A stretch of 32,994 nucleotides of DNA from Gaiellales bacterium (lineage in GTDB: Bacteria; Actinomycetota; Thermoleophilia; Gaiellales; F1-60-MAGs149), in assembly GCA_051006935.1 (NCBI GenBank), contig JBPCSR010000174.1, forward strand, positions 1 to 32,994, in the 5' to 3' direction. The position numbers were made by a program, and so were the translations under genes. The notes under the pieces are model-generated. The model saw nothing but the letters and a program-made list of their open reading frames with translations. It was not told the origin of the DNA and did not search any database. Shown here piece by piece: positions 12,898 to 23,293 of the stretch. How positions within the stretch are numbered: the first letter of the stretch is position 1; each line of letters begins with the position of its first letter.

Positions 12898-13634
12898 CGC
12901 TCGTTCGCCTGACGGCGCGCGATCGTCGTGGCGACCTCGGCTGCGGCGGCCTCGAGACGATCGTCGAGCGTCGTCATCGCGACGTCGAGTCCGCGGTGCG
13001 CGCAGGCCCACGCGAGGATGCGGTCGGCGAGCCACGGGTTCTTCGGCAGCAGCGGGCCATGGACGTACGTGCCGAGCACGCGATCGACGCGGCAGCCCTC
13101 TTCCATGCCGTCGCCGGTGTTGCCACCACCCACCTTCACGCGACCGAGCGGCGCCACGCCAGCGCCGAGCTCCGTCTGCCCTGCGTGGTTCTCGAAGCCG
13201 ACGATCTCACGCCTCGTGCCGTGGAACTGCGTCTCCACGACCACGTTGCCGATGATGCGGCGTTTCCCGGCGCGGGTCTCGAGGTCCACGATCGCCGTTC
13301 CCGGCGTCTCATGCCCGGCCTGATCGACGTAGCGATGACCGAGCAGCTGGAACCCGCCGCACACGGCCAGCACCGGGACGCCGTCGGCGATCGCCGAGCG
13401 CAGGGCAGGCGCCTGCGCGCGCAGCGCCTCGGCGACGAGCGCCTGATCCCGATCCTGCCCTCCGCCGATCAGGATCACGTCCGCCGCCTGCGGATCGAGG
13501 TCGTCACCGAGCATGAGCGGCGCGACCTCCGCCTCGATGCCCCGCCACCGAGCCCGCTGGGCGAGCACGCGCACGTTGCCGCGATCCGCGTAGATCGAGA
13601 GCAGCTCCGGGTAGACCGGGACGATACGGAGCAT
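12894..13634 (-). CDS. gatD: Lipid II isoglutaminyl synthase, glutaminase subunit (CobQ/GatD-type amidotransferase)
   Basis: Starts MLRIVPVYPELLSIYADRGN. Catalytic VLAVCGGFQLLG and YVHGPLLPKNP motifs. Immediately downstream of murT with a 1-nt overlap (TGATG). Confidence 0.88.
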   Translation of the reverse strand: MLRIVPVYPELLSIYADRGNVRVLAQRARWRGIEAEVAPLMLGDDLDPQAADVILIGGGQDRDQALVAEALRAQAPALRSAIADGVPVLAVCGGFQLLGHRYVDQAGHETPGTAIVDLETRAGKRRIIGNVVVETQFHGTRREIVGFENHAGQTELGAGVAPLGRVKVGGGNTGDGMEEGCRVDRVLGTYVHGPLLPKNPWLADRILAWACAHRGLDVAMTTLDDRLEAAAAEVATTIARRQANER

Positions 13635-15007
13635 CAGCGGCTCCCCTCCCAGAACGGCTCGGTGAGTCCTCGAGCCGCCAGCGCACGATGGAGGTCCAGC
13701 ATCGCGGTGTAGGTCGCGAGGATGTAGACGCGGCCGCCCGAGGGCACCGCGTGCACGGCGGCGTCGAAGGCGGTCTCCGGGTCGGTCACGCGATTGATCA
13801 GGTCGATCGGGACGTCGGCGTAGCGGAGGCGGACCGCCAGATCCGCCGCGCGGGTCCCTGCGCACGTCACGCCGATCGCGCCGTCGAGCATGCCCTCGAA
13901 GTCCACGTCCCAGATCCAGCTGACATCGCGACCGTCGGCGATGCCGTCGTTGAGCGCCAGCACCACCTCCGCTCCCGCCACATCCGCCGAGATGGCGCGC
14001 AGCGCCTCGTTCGCGCCGGCCGGATTCTTGAAGAGGATCAGCACGGCCTCTCGTCCCTCGATCGGAATGCGCTCGAAGCGGCCGAAGGCCGCGACGAAAG
14101 AGGCGAGACGCGCCGCGGCCGTGGCGGTCGGCGTGCCGATCGCGTGCGCTGCGGCGATCGCGCCGAGGGCGTTCTCGACGTTGTAGAGCCCGGGGAGGGG
14201 CAGGGTCACCTCGCACGAGCCGTCCGGCGCGTCGACGCGGAACACCGTCCCCTGCAGGCCCTGCGGGCGCACGTCCCGCGCCACGACGTCCAGCGTGCCG
14301 CGCGCGTGGTCTCCCTGGGGGCAGCGGAAGGCTCCGAGATGACCGAGGTAGGTGACGTCGTAGACGTACGCCGCGCCGCATCGCACGCAGAACGTCGAAT
14401 CGGCCGCCTCGTCGCGGAGCGCCAGTCCCGCGCCGGGGTCGTCGATCCCGAACCGCAGCACGTTCGCTCGGCCATCGCCGAGCGCGTCGATCACCGGATC
14501 GTCGGCACCGAGCACCAGCTGCGTGTCGGACGGCAACCCGGCGACCATCGCACGCCATCGGTCGGCGACGAGCTCCAGCTCGCCGTGGCGGTCGAGCTGA
14601 TCGCGGAAGAGGTTGCCGAGCACGAGCGCACGCGGCGTCGTCTGCGCGACGACGGCGGACAGCGCGGCCTCATCCACCTCGAGCACGCCGATGTCGGCAC
14701 CGCGCGGCCGGTCGACGAGCGACGAGGCGATGCCGGAGAGCAGGTTCGCACCGGCCGCGTTGCGGCACACCACGTGGTCGGGCGCGAGGATGTGCGAGAG
14801 CATCGCGGAGGTCGTCGTCTTGCCGTTGGTGGCGCTGACCGCGATCACGCCGTCCCGGAGGTCGGCCGCAAGCCGGGCGAGGCCGTTGGGCGCGATACGC
14901 AGGAAGACGTGCCCGGGCATGGTCGTGCCGCCGCCGCGGCCGGTACCGCGCGCGAGCGTGCCGGCGAACCGCGCCAGACCGCCAGCTGCTCGAACGCGCG
15001 CGCTCAC
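13634..15007 (-). CDS. murT: Lipid II isoglutaminyl synthase, Mur-ligase-like subunit MurT
   Basis: SATNGKTTTSAML ATP-binding loop, CVRC...C zinc-ribbon-like segment, C-terminal DUF1727-like region. I prefer GTG 15007 (GTGA overlap with the upstream MFS stop, and it restores the conserved N-terminal leader). The alternative ATG at 14920 would remove 29 aa. Confidence 0.85.
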   Translation of the reverse strand: MSARVRAAGGLARFAGTLARGTGRGGGTTMPGHVFLRIAPNGLARLAADLRDGVIAVSATNGKTTTSAMLSHILAPDHVVCRNAAGANLLSGIASSLVDRPRGADIGVLEVDEAALSAVVAQTTPRALVLGNLFRDQLDRHGELELVADRWRAMVAGLPSDTQLVLGADDPVIDALGDGRANVLRFGIDDPGAGLALRDEAADSTFCVRCGAAYVYDVTYLGHLGAFRCPQGDHARGTLDVVARDVRPQGLQGTVFRVDAPDGSCEVTLPLPGLYNVENALGAIAAAHAIGTPTATAAARLASFVAAFGRFERIPIEGREAVLILFKNPAGANEALRAISADVAGAEVVLALNDGIADGRDVSWIWDVDFEGMLDGAIGVTCAGTRAADLAVRLRYADVPIDLINRVTDPETAFDAAVHAVPSGGRVYILATYTAMLDLHRALAARGLTEPFWEGSR

Positions 15008-16215
15008 TGTACGGGATCGTATCGGGCGCGGGCGGCGGCGGTGACGACGCTCTCCGATCGGCGCAGGGCGAACACCGTGACCGCGCTGAGTACCCCGACG
15101 AGCACGTACATCACCCACGACGGACCCTGCTGCGAGATGAACCCGGCGATCACCGGCGCGAGCAGCGAGCCGACGGCCCACACGGCGTTGAGCATCCCGA
15201 AGACGCCGCCCTCGCCGATGCGCTCGTCGCGCGCGCCGTCCGCGCACGCGGCGTACGAGATCGTGAAGATGGGGGAGGCGAGGCACATCACGGTCACCAG
15301 CAGGACGGCGTACCACGGCACGCCGAGCGGCACGAGCATCAGCACGACCAGCGATCCGCAGATGCCGGGCAGCAGCACGAGGGTCCGGGTCTGGTTGAGG
15401 CGGCGCCCGAGGCGCGCGACGACGAGGATCGACAGCACCGAGAACGCGCTGCCGACGGTGAAGATCCAGCCGATCGTGGACGACGAGAGCCCGGCCGCGT
15501 CGAAGTGCAGCGGCGCCAGGAGCTGCAGGGCGGCCATCATCAGCGCGACGAAGGCGATCGCGACGAACCCGATCTGGATGCGCCCGGGTCGTGCGGCGCG
15601 ACGCAGCGACTCGAACGGGCTCTGCCGCTCGTGATGACGCCCCACGTGGGGATCCCCGCCCGGCTCGAACAGGGCCCACGCGACGACGAGCGCCACGAGC
15701 GCGCCGAGCACGCTGAACGACACACCAAGGCCGGCGCGCGCCACGATCGGACCGCCCAGCAGGGGACCGGCGATCGTCCCGACCGTCGCCGTGGCGTTCG
15801 CGATCGACAGCGAGCGGGGGCGATGCGCATCGCCGACGGCGCTGCCGAGCCAGGCCAGCCCCGCGGACCACGTGATCGCCGAGCAGGCGCCCTGGAGGAT
15901 GCGCACCGCGACGAGCAGCCAGAACGTATCCGCGAGCGCGATCGCCGGCGCGGCGGCGATGAAGACGGTCGCGCCGATCAGCGTCATGCGTCGCGCGCCG
16001 ATGCGGTCCGACAGGAACCCCGCCGGCACGGCGCAGAGAAGCACGGCGAAGCTGTATACGCCCAGGACCACGCCGGACTGGTCGTCGCTGAGGCCGAACT
16101 GCTGCTGCCACACGGGCACCAGCGGCACGGCCGCGAGCCACGTGATCATGTCGAGGAAGATCAGGCTCGAGATCAGCGTCGTCAGCCGGCGCGGCGAGAC
16201 AGGGCGGGCCGACAC
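15004..16215 (-). CDS. MFS transporter
   Basis: About 12 hydrophobic segments. MFS motif A GFLSDRIGARRM lies between TM2 and TM3. GTG 16215 was chosen because ORF codons upstream overlap ctaB and are Arg/Ser/Cys junk. The start is uncertain by about 5-20 codons. Confidence 0.75.
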   Translation of the reverse strand: MSARPVSPRRLTTLISSLIFLDMITWLAAVPLVPVWQQQFGLSDDQSGVVLGVYSFAVLLCAVPAGFLSDRIGARRMTLIGATVFIAAAPAIALADTFWLLVAVRILQGACSAITWSAGLAWLGSAVGDAHRPRSLSIANATATVGTIAGPLLGGPIVARAGLGVSFSVLGALVALVVAWALFEPGGDPHVGRHHERQSPFESLRRAARPGRIQIGFVAIAFVALMMAALQLLAPLHFDAAGLSSSTIGWIFTVGSAFSVLSILVVARLGRRLNQTRTLVLLPGICGSLVVLMLVPLGVPWYAVLLVTVMCLASPIFTISYAACADGARDERIGEGGVFGMLNAVWAVGSLLAPVIAGFISQQGPSWVMYVLVGVLSAVTVFALRRSESVVTAAARARYDPVQ

Positions 16216-16222
16216 CGCGCGC

Positions 16223-17140
16223 CTACCCGAGCAGGACGCGGTCGAGCGCCATCGCGAAGAAGGTACCGGCCAGGTAGAGCAGGGAGAACCGGAACGTCTC
16301 GCGCGCGATGTCGATGTCGCCATCGGTGCGGTGGAGGCGCACCGTGTACTGGAGGAAGCGCAGGCCGAGCACCAGCGCGAGGACGCCGTAGAGCGGCCCG
16401 AGCACCTCGCCGGTGATCCCGAGCCACCAGAGCGGCAGCGGCAGGAGCGAGAACGCAAGGAGCAGGACCGCGTAGACGACGCTCTGCACCGTCGTCGCGC
16501 GGATGCCCGCGACGTTCGGCAGCATCGGGACGCCGGCGTCCGCGTAGTCGTCGAACTTGACGATCGCGAGCGCCCAGAAGTGCGGCGGCGTCCAGAGGAA
16601 GATCACGCCGAACATGAGCAGGGCCGGCCACCCGATCTCGCCCGTCACCGCCGCCCATCCCACGAGCGGCGGCATGGCGCCGGCCGCGCCGCCGATCACG
16701 ATGTTCTGCGGGGTGCGCCGCTTGAGCCACATCGTGTACACGAGGACGTAGAAGAGGTTGCCGGCCAGCGCCAGCACGGCGGCGAGCGGCTGGTGCGTGA
16801 GCAGGAGCACGAGCACGCCGATGATGGACAGCGCGATGCCGAACGCGATCGCAGGCCGCGGCTCCAGGCGCCCGGCGGCCACCGGGCGCTCGCGGGTGCG
16901 CTCCATGCGCACGTCGAGGTCGCGGTCGAGCGCGTGATTGATCGCGCTGGCGCCCCCCGTCGTGAGGCCCATGCCGAGCAGCGCGATGCCGAGCAGCCAG
17001 AGCGGGGGCACGCCGCCGTCGGCCCAGACCATCGCCCCGACCATCGTGATCAGGAGCAGGATCATCACCCGCGGCTTGGTCAGCTCGAAGTAGTCGAGCA
17101 GCACCGAGCGATGCCGCGCCGCGACGGGCTCAGCAGCCAC
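16223..17140 (-). CDS. ctaB: Protoheme IX farnesyltransferase (heme O synthase)
   Basis: 305 aa polytopic UbiA-family protein with DYFELTKPRV near the N-terminus and NHALDRDLD-type Asp-rich motifs. Confidence 0.92.
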   Translation of the reverse strand: MAAEPVAARHRSVLLDYFELTKPRVMILLLITMVGAMVWADGGVPPLWLLGIALLGMGLTTGGASAINHALDRDLDVRMERTRERPVAAGRLEPRPAIAFGIALSIIGVLVLLLTHQPLAAVLALAGNLFYVLVYTMWLKRRTPQNIVIGGAAGAMPPLVGWAAVTGEIGWPALLMFGVIFLWTPPHFWALAIVKFDDYADAGVPMLPNVAGIRATTVQSVVYAVLLLAFSLLPLPLWWLGITGEVLGPLYGVLALVLGLRFLQYTVRLHRTDGDIDIARETFRFSLLYLAGTFFAMALDRVLLG

Positions 17141-17175
17141 GACGTGCCGTTCCGATCCCGCGGGCGCTCACGCGA

Positions 17176-17186
17176 GGCATCGTATC
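17176..17186 (-). promoter_or_regulatory. GATACGATGCC motif (contains -10-like TACGAT) upstream of ctaB
   Basis: The minus strand reads CGGATACGATGCCTCG. The hexamer ends 38 nt upstream of the ctaB GTG. The 11-mer is identical to the one upstream of ctaC. Confidence 0.5.
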
Positions 17187-17238
17187 CGAGGAGCCTGAGC
17201 CGCCGATCAGCCGCCCGCTGCGCGGATCGCGCGACCAG

Positions 17239-17244
17239 TACCAT
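17239..17244 (+). promoter_or_regulatory. -10 element TACCAT, 7 nt upstream of ATG 17252 (leaderless arrangement)
   Basis: The plus strand reads AGTACCAT-GCGGGCG-ATG. Confidence 0.4.
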
Positions 17245-17251
17245 GCGGGCG

Positions 17252-17659
17252 ATGGATGCCGCCGCCGCTCGCGAAGCCGATCTGCGCGATGCCCTGCGCG
17301 GCGAGCTCGCGCAGCTGGATTCCGACGTGCTGGTGGGCATCGGCCGCGCGCTGGAGCGCGACCGGGATCGTCTGATCGGCGGGGTGTGGGGCGCCGGTGA
17401 CGACGGGTGCCTGCTGACGCTCGCGGCGCGCGAGCTGGGCTATGCGGAGGGGGAGGACCTGCTCGCCACTTCGGTGGCCGCCGTGCGCGTGCCCGCGCTG
17501 TTCGACGAGCTGTGGGCGCTCATCCTCGCGCGCTCCGGCGACGCCGCCGTGGCGCGCTCGCTGACGCACCGCCTGGTGGTCGAGGCGCTCGCCCTGCGTC
17601 CTCAGGAGCGGTCGGAGGAGGCGCCGTCGGCGACGGCCCGCATCGCCCTGCCGAGATAG
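17252..17659 (+). CDS. Hypothetical protein (about 135 aa, acidic, soluble)
   Basis: This is the 3' part of ORF 15791..17659; the rest is antisense to ctaB and the MFS gene. High-GC3 codon pattern with a natural-looking composition. ATG 17252 is preferred because TACCAT lies 7 nt upstream; ATG 17243 is the alternative. I recognised no family. Confidence 0.45.
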   Translation: MDAAAAREADLRDALRGELAQLDSDVLVGIGRALERDRDRLIGGVWGAGDDGCLLTLAARELGYAEGEDLLATSVAAVRVPALFDELWALILARSGDAAVARSLTHRLVVEALALRPQERSEEAPSATARIALPR

Positions 17660-18231
17660 CGGTAGAGGTGCCACTGCACGATCACGGCCCACCACACGCC
17701 CGTGATCACGTGCACATAGTCGGTTCCGGTCAGCGTCCCGCCGGAGGGGCGCAGCAGCATCGCGATCCCCGTCAGCGCGATCGGCACACCGAGCCCGAGC
17801 ATGATCAGCGACGTGATCGCATCCTGCGGGCGCGAGGCCTGCACGCGCTGGAGGATCCGCCGCCAGCCGAGCTCGCCCGCCTTGAACGTCACGAGCCCGA
17901 GCGCGAGGACGCTGGTCGCCACGTGGGCCCAGATCAGCCACCCCGGTGAGACGTCGCCGCGCAGGGCCAGCGTGTACGCCCAGAGGCCCGTGAGGAACGC
18001 GAGGATGATCGGGGCGATCGCCGTCAGACCGAGCAGGGCCGTGCGGCGCCGGACCGGCACCTGCAGACGCGCACGCTCCGCTGCGCGCACGCGCTCCCAT
18101 TCCTCGATCTGCTCATCGGTGTAGTGCGACGGCGGCTGCGCGGCCGCCCACAGCGCCAGGCGCGCGAGGAACGCGAACGCGATGATCGGCGGGAGCAGAT
18201 GGGGGAGGTGCGTGAGGACCCAGATGACCAT
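17602..18231 (-). CDS. Integral membrane protein (about 5 TM), unassigned, co-oriented 17 nt downstream of ctaE
   Basis: 209 aa. Five hydrophobic segments and a charged loop (TDEQIEEWERVRAAERARL). His residues lie in or near TM3 and TM5. Confidence 0.65.
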   Translation of the reverse strand: MVIWVLTHLPHLLPPIIAFAFLARLALWAAAQPPSHYTDEQIEEWERVRAAERARLQVPVRRRTALLGLTAIAPIILAFLTGLWAYTLALRGDVSPGWLIWAHVATSVLALGLVTFKAGELGWRRILQRVQASRPQDAITSLIMLGLGVPIALTGIAMLLRPSGGTLTGTDYVHVITGVWWAVIVQWHLYRYLGRAMRAVADGASSDRS

Positions 18232-18248
18232 CCCGGGTCACCGCCTGC

Positions 18249-18845
18249 TCAGCTGCTGGGCAGGCAGTACACGACCGTGAACAGCACGACCCACACGATG
18301 TCCACGAAGTGCCAGTACACGCTGATGCCGAGCAGGCCGACGTGCGAGTCAGCCGTCCAGCGCCCGCGCAGCGCGCGGATCATGCCGAGGCACAGCAGCA
18401 CGAGGCCGACGAAGACGTGCAGGCCATGCAGACCGGTCAGGGAGAAGAAGATCGCGCCGACCGAGGTCGTCTGCGGGGTGAACCCGACGGTCATGTACTC
18501 GTGCACCTGCAGCCCGAGGAACGCCGCACCGAGCAGGAACGTCAGGAAGAGCCAGGCGAACACCGGACCGCCCTTGCCCTTCTTGTCGAGCGACAGCAGC
18601 GCGAACTCGCACGTGAACGAGGAGAGCACGAGGATCAGCGTGTTGATCGCCGTGCCGTTGGCCGGGATGTCGAAGTCTCCCGGCCACGGCACACCGCGCG
18701 CGAGGCGGAGCTGCGCGTAGTACATGAAGAACGCGCCGAATAGCGCGAGCTCGGACACGAGGAAGATGACCAGCCCCATCACGCAGACGTTGAGGTTCGT
18801 CCGGTACGGCTGGATCTTCGGGGCGCTGAGGTCCGCGGCGGCCAT
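18249..18845 (-). CDS. ctaE: Cytochrome c oxidase subunit III
   Basis: 198 aa. LHGLHVFVGL and YWHFVDIVWVVLF signature blocks. Confidence 0.93.
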   Translation of the reverse strand: MAAADLSAPKIQPYRTNLNVCVMGLVIFLVSELALFGAFFMYYAQLRLARGVPWPGDFDIPANGTAINTLILVLSSFTCEFALLSLDKKGKGGPVFAWLFLTFLLGAAFLGLQVHEYMTVGFTPQTTSVGAIFFSLTGLHGLHVFVGLVLLCLGMIRALRGRWTADSHVGLLGISVYWHFVDIVWVVLFTVVYCLPSS

Positions 18846-18869
18846 GGTGATGCTCCTGTGCGACCGGCG

Positions 18870-20738
<1,869 letters not shown>

Positions 20739-20784
20739 CGGGCAAACCCTCCCCAGGAGGTGGCGTACGGGTGGTGGACGTGCG

Positions 20785-21543
20785 TCATGCCGCGGCCGCC
20801 TTGGCCTTGGTCTCGGCGACCCACTTGTCGAAGTCGGCCTGCGAGACGACGCGGACCTTCGACACGAGCCCGCCGGTGACGGCGCTGTTCATCTGCGTGT
20901 GGCCGATGCCGCAGAGGAACGCGCAGACGACCTCGTAGGTGCCGATCTTGGTCGGCGTCGTCGACGTGTAGTTGGTCTGCGCCGGCGTCGCGGACATCTG
21001 CATGCGCCACGCCGGGACCCAGAAGGAGTGCATCACGTCCATGGTCGTGATGTCGAAGGCGATCGGCTGGCCGACCGGCACGACGAGATCCGGGCTGTCC
21101 TTGATCCCGATGCCCTCGTTGAGGTACGTGAACTTCCAGCCGAACTGGTAGCCGGTGATGTGGATGCGCTGCCCGCTCTTCTCGGCGGCCCCGCTGACGT
21201 TGTCGCTGTTGAGCACGTTCCAGCTGACGAAGGCGACGGCGAGCACGAGCACGAACGGGATCGCGGTCCAGACGATCTCCAGCCAGGTGATGCCGTGGAT
21301 GTTCGAGCCGTCGCGGGTGTCGTTCGGCCGCGCGCGGAAGCGGAAGACCGAGACGACCAGGAAGATCACGACGACGCCGAAGATGATCCCGGAGAACCAG
21401 AGGAACGCCTCGTAGAGCCGGTCGACGTTCGCGGCCTGCGCGGATGCGGCGACCGGAAGCGTGCGCAGCACCACGAGCACGACGCCGACGATCGCGCCGA
21501 CCACGGTCCCGATGATCGCGAGGGGCAGGACCTTCAGGTTCAC
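20785..21543 (-). CDS. ctaC: Cytochrome c oxidase subunit II (CuA subunit, no fused cytochrome c domain)
   Basis: GTG 21543 (VNLKVLPLAIIG...) gives two N-terminal TM helices plus a cupredoxin domain with HSFWVP and CAFLCGIGHTQM CuA ligands. The extra 65 codons of ORF 20785..21738 are Arg-rich and unlikely to be coding. Confidence 0.88.
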   Translation of the reverse strand: MNLKVLPLAIIGTVVGAIVGVVLVVLRTLPVAASAQAANVDRLYEAFLWFSGIIFGVVVIFLVVSVFRFRARPNDTRDGSNIHGITWLEIVWTAIPFVLVLAVAFVSWNVLNSDNVSGAAEKSGQRIHITGYQFGWKFTYLNEGIGIKDSPDLVVPVGQPIAFDITTMDVMHSFWVPAWRMQMSATPAQTNYTSTTPTKIGTYEVVCAFLCGIGHTQMNSAVTGGLVSKVRVVSQADFDKWVAETKAKAAAA

Positions 21544-21591
21544 GAGATGATCGCCTTTCGCGCGCGCGGGTCGGACGTGGGGGACATCGGC

Positions 21592-21602
21592 GGCATCGTA
21601 TC
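21592..21602 (-). promoter_or_regulatory. GATACGATGCC motif (contains -10-like TACGAT) upstream of ctaC
   Basis: The minus strand reads GGCGATACGATGCCGCC, about 50 nt upstream of GTG 21543. A second copy, GCATACGATGTTG, lies at 21624-21634. Confidence 0.5.
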
Positions 21603-21686
21603 GCCATGTCCGGACGCGCCGCAACATCGTATGCATCGCCACGATCTGGGCATCCGAGACGGGCTGGCGCGCGCGGCCGGACGCGG

Positions 21687-21692
21687 TATGCT
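21687..21692 (+). promoter_or_regulatory. -10-like TATGCT upstream of the small membrane gene (leadered, with Shine-Dalgarno)
   Basis: The plus strand reads CGGTATGCTGG, about 50 nt upstream of ATG 21742, with a GGAGGAA Shine-Dalgarno downstream. Confidence 0.35.
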
Positions 21693-21741
21693 GGAGCCAC
21701 GCCGGAGCCCCGGCGCGACCCTGCTGGAGGAACAGCACCCG

Positions 21742-22068
21742 ATGAGCGCTGAGAACGACACCGTCGCCAATCCGATGACCCAGCTCGACTACGCCGAGCG
21801 CACGCTCGAGGATCGCGACACGGGCACGGCGTCGGCGTCGGCGCTCCTATCGGGCCTGGCGTGCGGTCTCGGCGTGCTGTCGCTCTGGTTCGCGCCGATG
21901 ATCATCGGGTTCGTGGCGATCGCCTGCGCCATCCTCGGGCTCTCGCTGGCCGGCACCCGCGACCGGATCGGCAAGATCGGCCTGATCATCGCCGTGATGG
22001 GGTGGCTGATCGGCTCGATCATCGGCATCTTCGTCGGCCACTCCGTCATCTCGCTGAACATCAGCTGA
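21742..22068 (+). CDS. Small membrane protein (108 aa, acidic N-tail plus 2-3 Gly/Ile-rich TM segments)
   Basis: ATG 21742 with a GGAGGAA Shine-Dalgarno 8 nt upstream. It is the 3' end of ORF 20608..22068, whose remainder is antisense to ctaC/ctaD. Confidence 0.6.
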   Translation: MSAENDTVANPMTQLDYAERTLEDRDTGTASASALLSGLACGLGVLSLWFAPMIIGFVAIACAILGLSLAGTRDRIGKIGLIIAVMGWLIGSIIGIFVGHSVISLNIS

Positions 22069-22081
22069 GCGGGCGGCAGCG

Positions 22082-23101
22082 GTGCATCTACCGCCCGCCC
22101 TCGCCGAGCTGCCCATCGAGGTCGACGGCTGCGCGCTCGAGCCGCACGTCGCCGAGGCGCCCGCCTTCACGCGCCTCACAACGGTCGTCGCGCTGGAGGG
22201 CGGCGGCCACGTCGGACGCGGGGAGGACGTGGCCTACGAGGCCGAGACGCAGCTCGAGCACCGCGCCCTGGTGCCGTTCGCCCTGCGCGGCCGCCGCTCC
22301 CTCGCCGAGTGGAGCGACGCGCTCGACGACGTCGCGCTGTTCGGAGTTGAGCCGCCGAATCACGCCTCGCTCGACTACCGCCGCTGGGCCTACGAGTCGG
22401 CGCTGCTCGACCTCGGCCTGCGCCAGGCCGGCACGACGCTCGGCGCGCTGCTCGGCCGCGATCCCCGCCCCGTGCGCTTCTGCGTCTCGTCGAACCTCGG
22501 CCCGGAGGCCTGGCTCGCCGTCGCGCCGTCGCTCGAGTTCAAGCTCGACGCGGGGGAGGCGTGGACCGACGCGCGGGTGGCGGAGCTCGCCGCCCTCGAC
22601 CGCGTGCGGGTCGTGGACATCAAGGCGCAGTACGGCGACGACTTCGGCAATCGCGGCCCGCTCGCGCACACGCTGCTCGAGCGGGTGCTGACCGGGCTGC
22701 CCGACGTCGTCGTGGAGGATCCGCCCACCGACGACGACGCGCTCGCGCTCCTGGCCGGGCACCTCGATCGCGTGGCGTTCGACGCGCCGGTGCACGACCT
22801 CGCCGACATCCTGCGCCTGCCGCAGACCGGATGGATGAACATCAAGCCCTCGCGCTTCGGGACGATCGCGCGCCTGCTCGAGGCGATCGCGCACTGCGAG
22901 GCGCGCAACGTGCGCCTGTACGGCGGCGGGCAGTACGAGCTCGCCTGCGGCCGACCGCAGATCCAGGAGCTCGCGGCGCTGTTCTACCCCGACGGCCCGA
23001 ACGACGTGGCGCCGGGCGCCTACAACGCGCCGCTGGCGACGGCGGGCCTGCCCGCGAGCCCGCTCAACGGTCTCGGTCGCGCGCCCGGGTTCGGCGCGTA
23101 G
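22082..23101 (+). CDS. Enolase-superfamily-like TIM-barrel protein (divergent OSBS/MLE-like)
   Basis: 339 aa. The by-eye barrel motif order is FKLD, VVDIK, VVEDP, AFDAP, NIKPSRFG, then GGGQYE. Starts 13 nt after the preceding small membrane gene. Confidence 0.5.
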   Translation: MHLPPALAELPIEVDGCALEPHVAEAPAFTRLTTVVALEGGGHVGRGEDVAYEAETQLEHRALVPFALRGRRSLAEWSDALDDVALFGVEPPNHASLDYRRWAYESALLDLGLRQAGTTLGALLGRDPRPVRFCVSSNLGPEAWLAVAPSLEFKLDAGEAWTDARVAELAALDRVRVVDIKAQYGDDFGNRGPLAHTLLERVLTGLPDVVVEDPPTDDDALALLAGHLDRVAFDAPVHDLADILRLPQTGWMNIKPSRFGTIARLLEAIAHCEARNVRLYGGGQYELACGRPQIQELAALFYPDGPNDVAPGAYNAPLATAGLPASPLNGLGRAPGFGA

Positions 23102-23108
23102 CGCAGGC

Positions 23109-23291
23109 TCAGACGAGCAGCGCGATCACCGCGAAGCCGACGGCGAAGAGCACGGCGGCGCCGACGGTGATCGTGACGAGCGGGAGGGACGTGGCGATGA
23201 AGACCGCCCCGGCGACCGCGCCGAGCGCGACGCTCAGCACCATCGCGATCTCGAAGAGCGCCTTGCGGTCCTGCGCGAGGGCACCGTCCAC
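23109..23291 (-). CDS. Small hydrophobic protein (60 aa, 2 TM)
   Basis: GTG start 2 nt after the stop of the upstream gene. Consistent GC3 bias and two clear hydrophobic helices. Confidence 0.5.
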   Translation of the reverse strand: MDGALAQDRKALFEIAMVLSVALGAVAGAVFIATSLPLVTITVGAAVLFAVGFAVIALLV

Positions 23292-23293
23292 GC

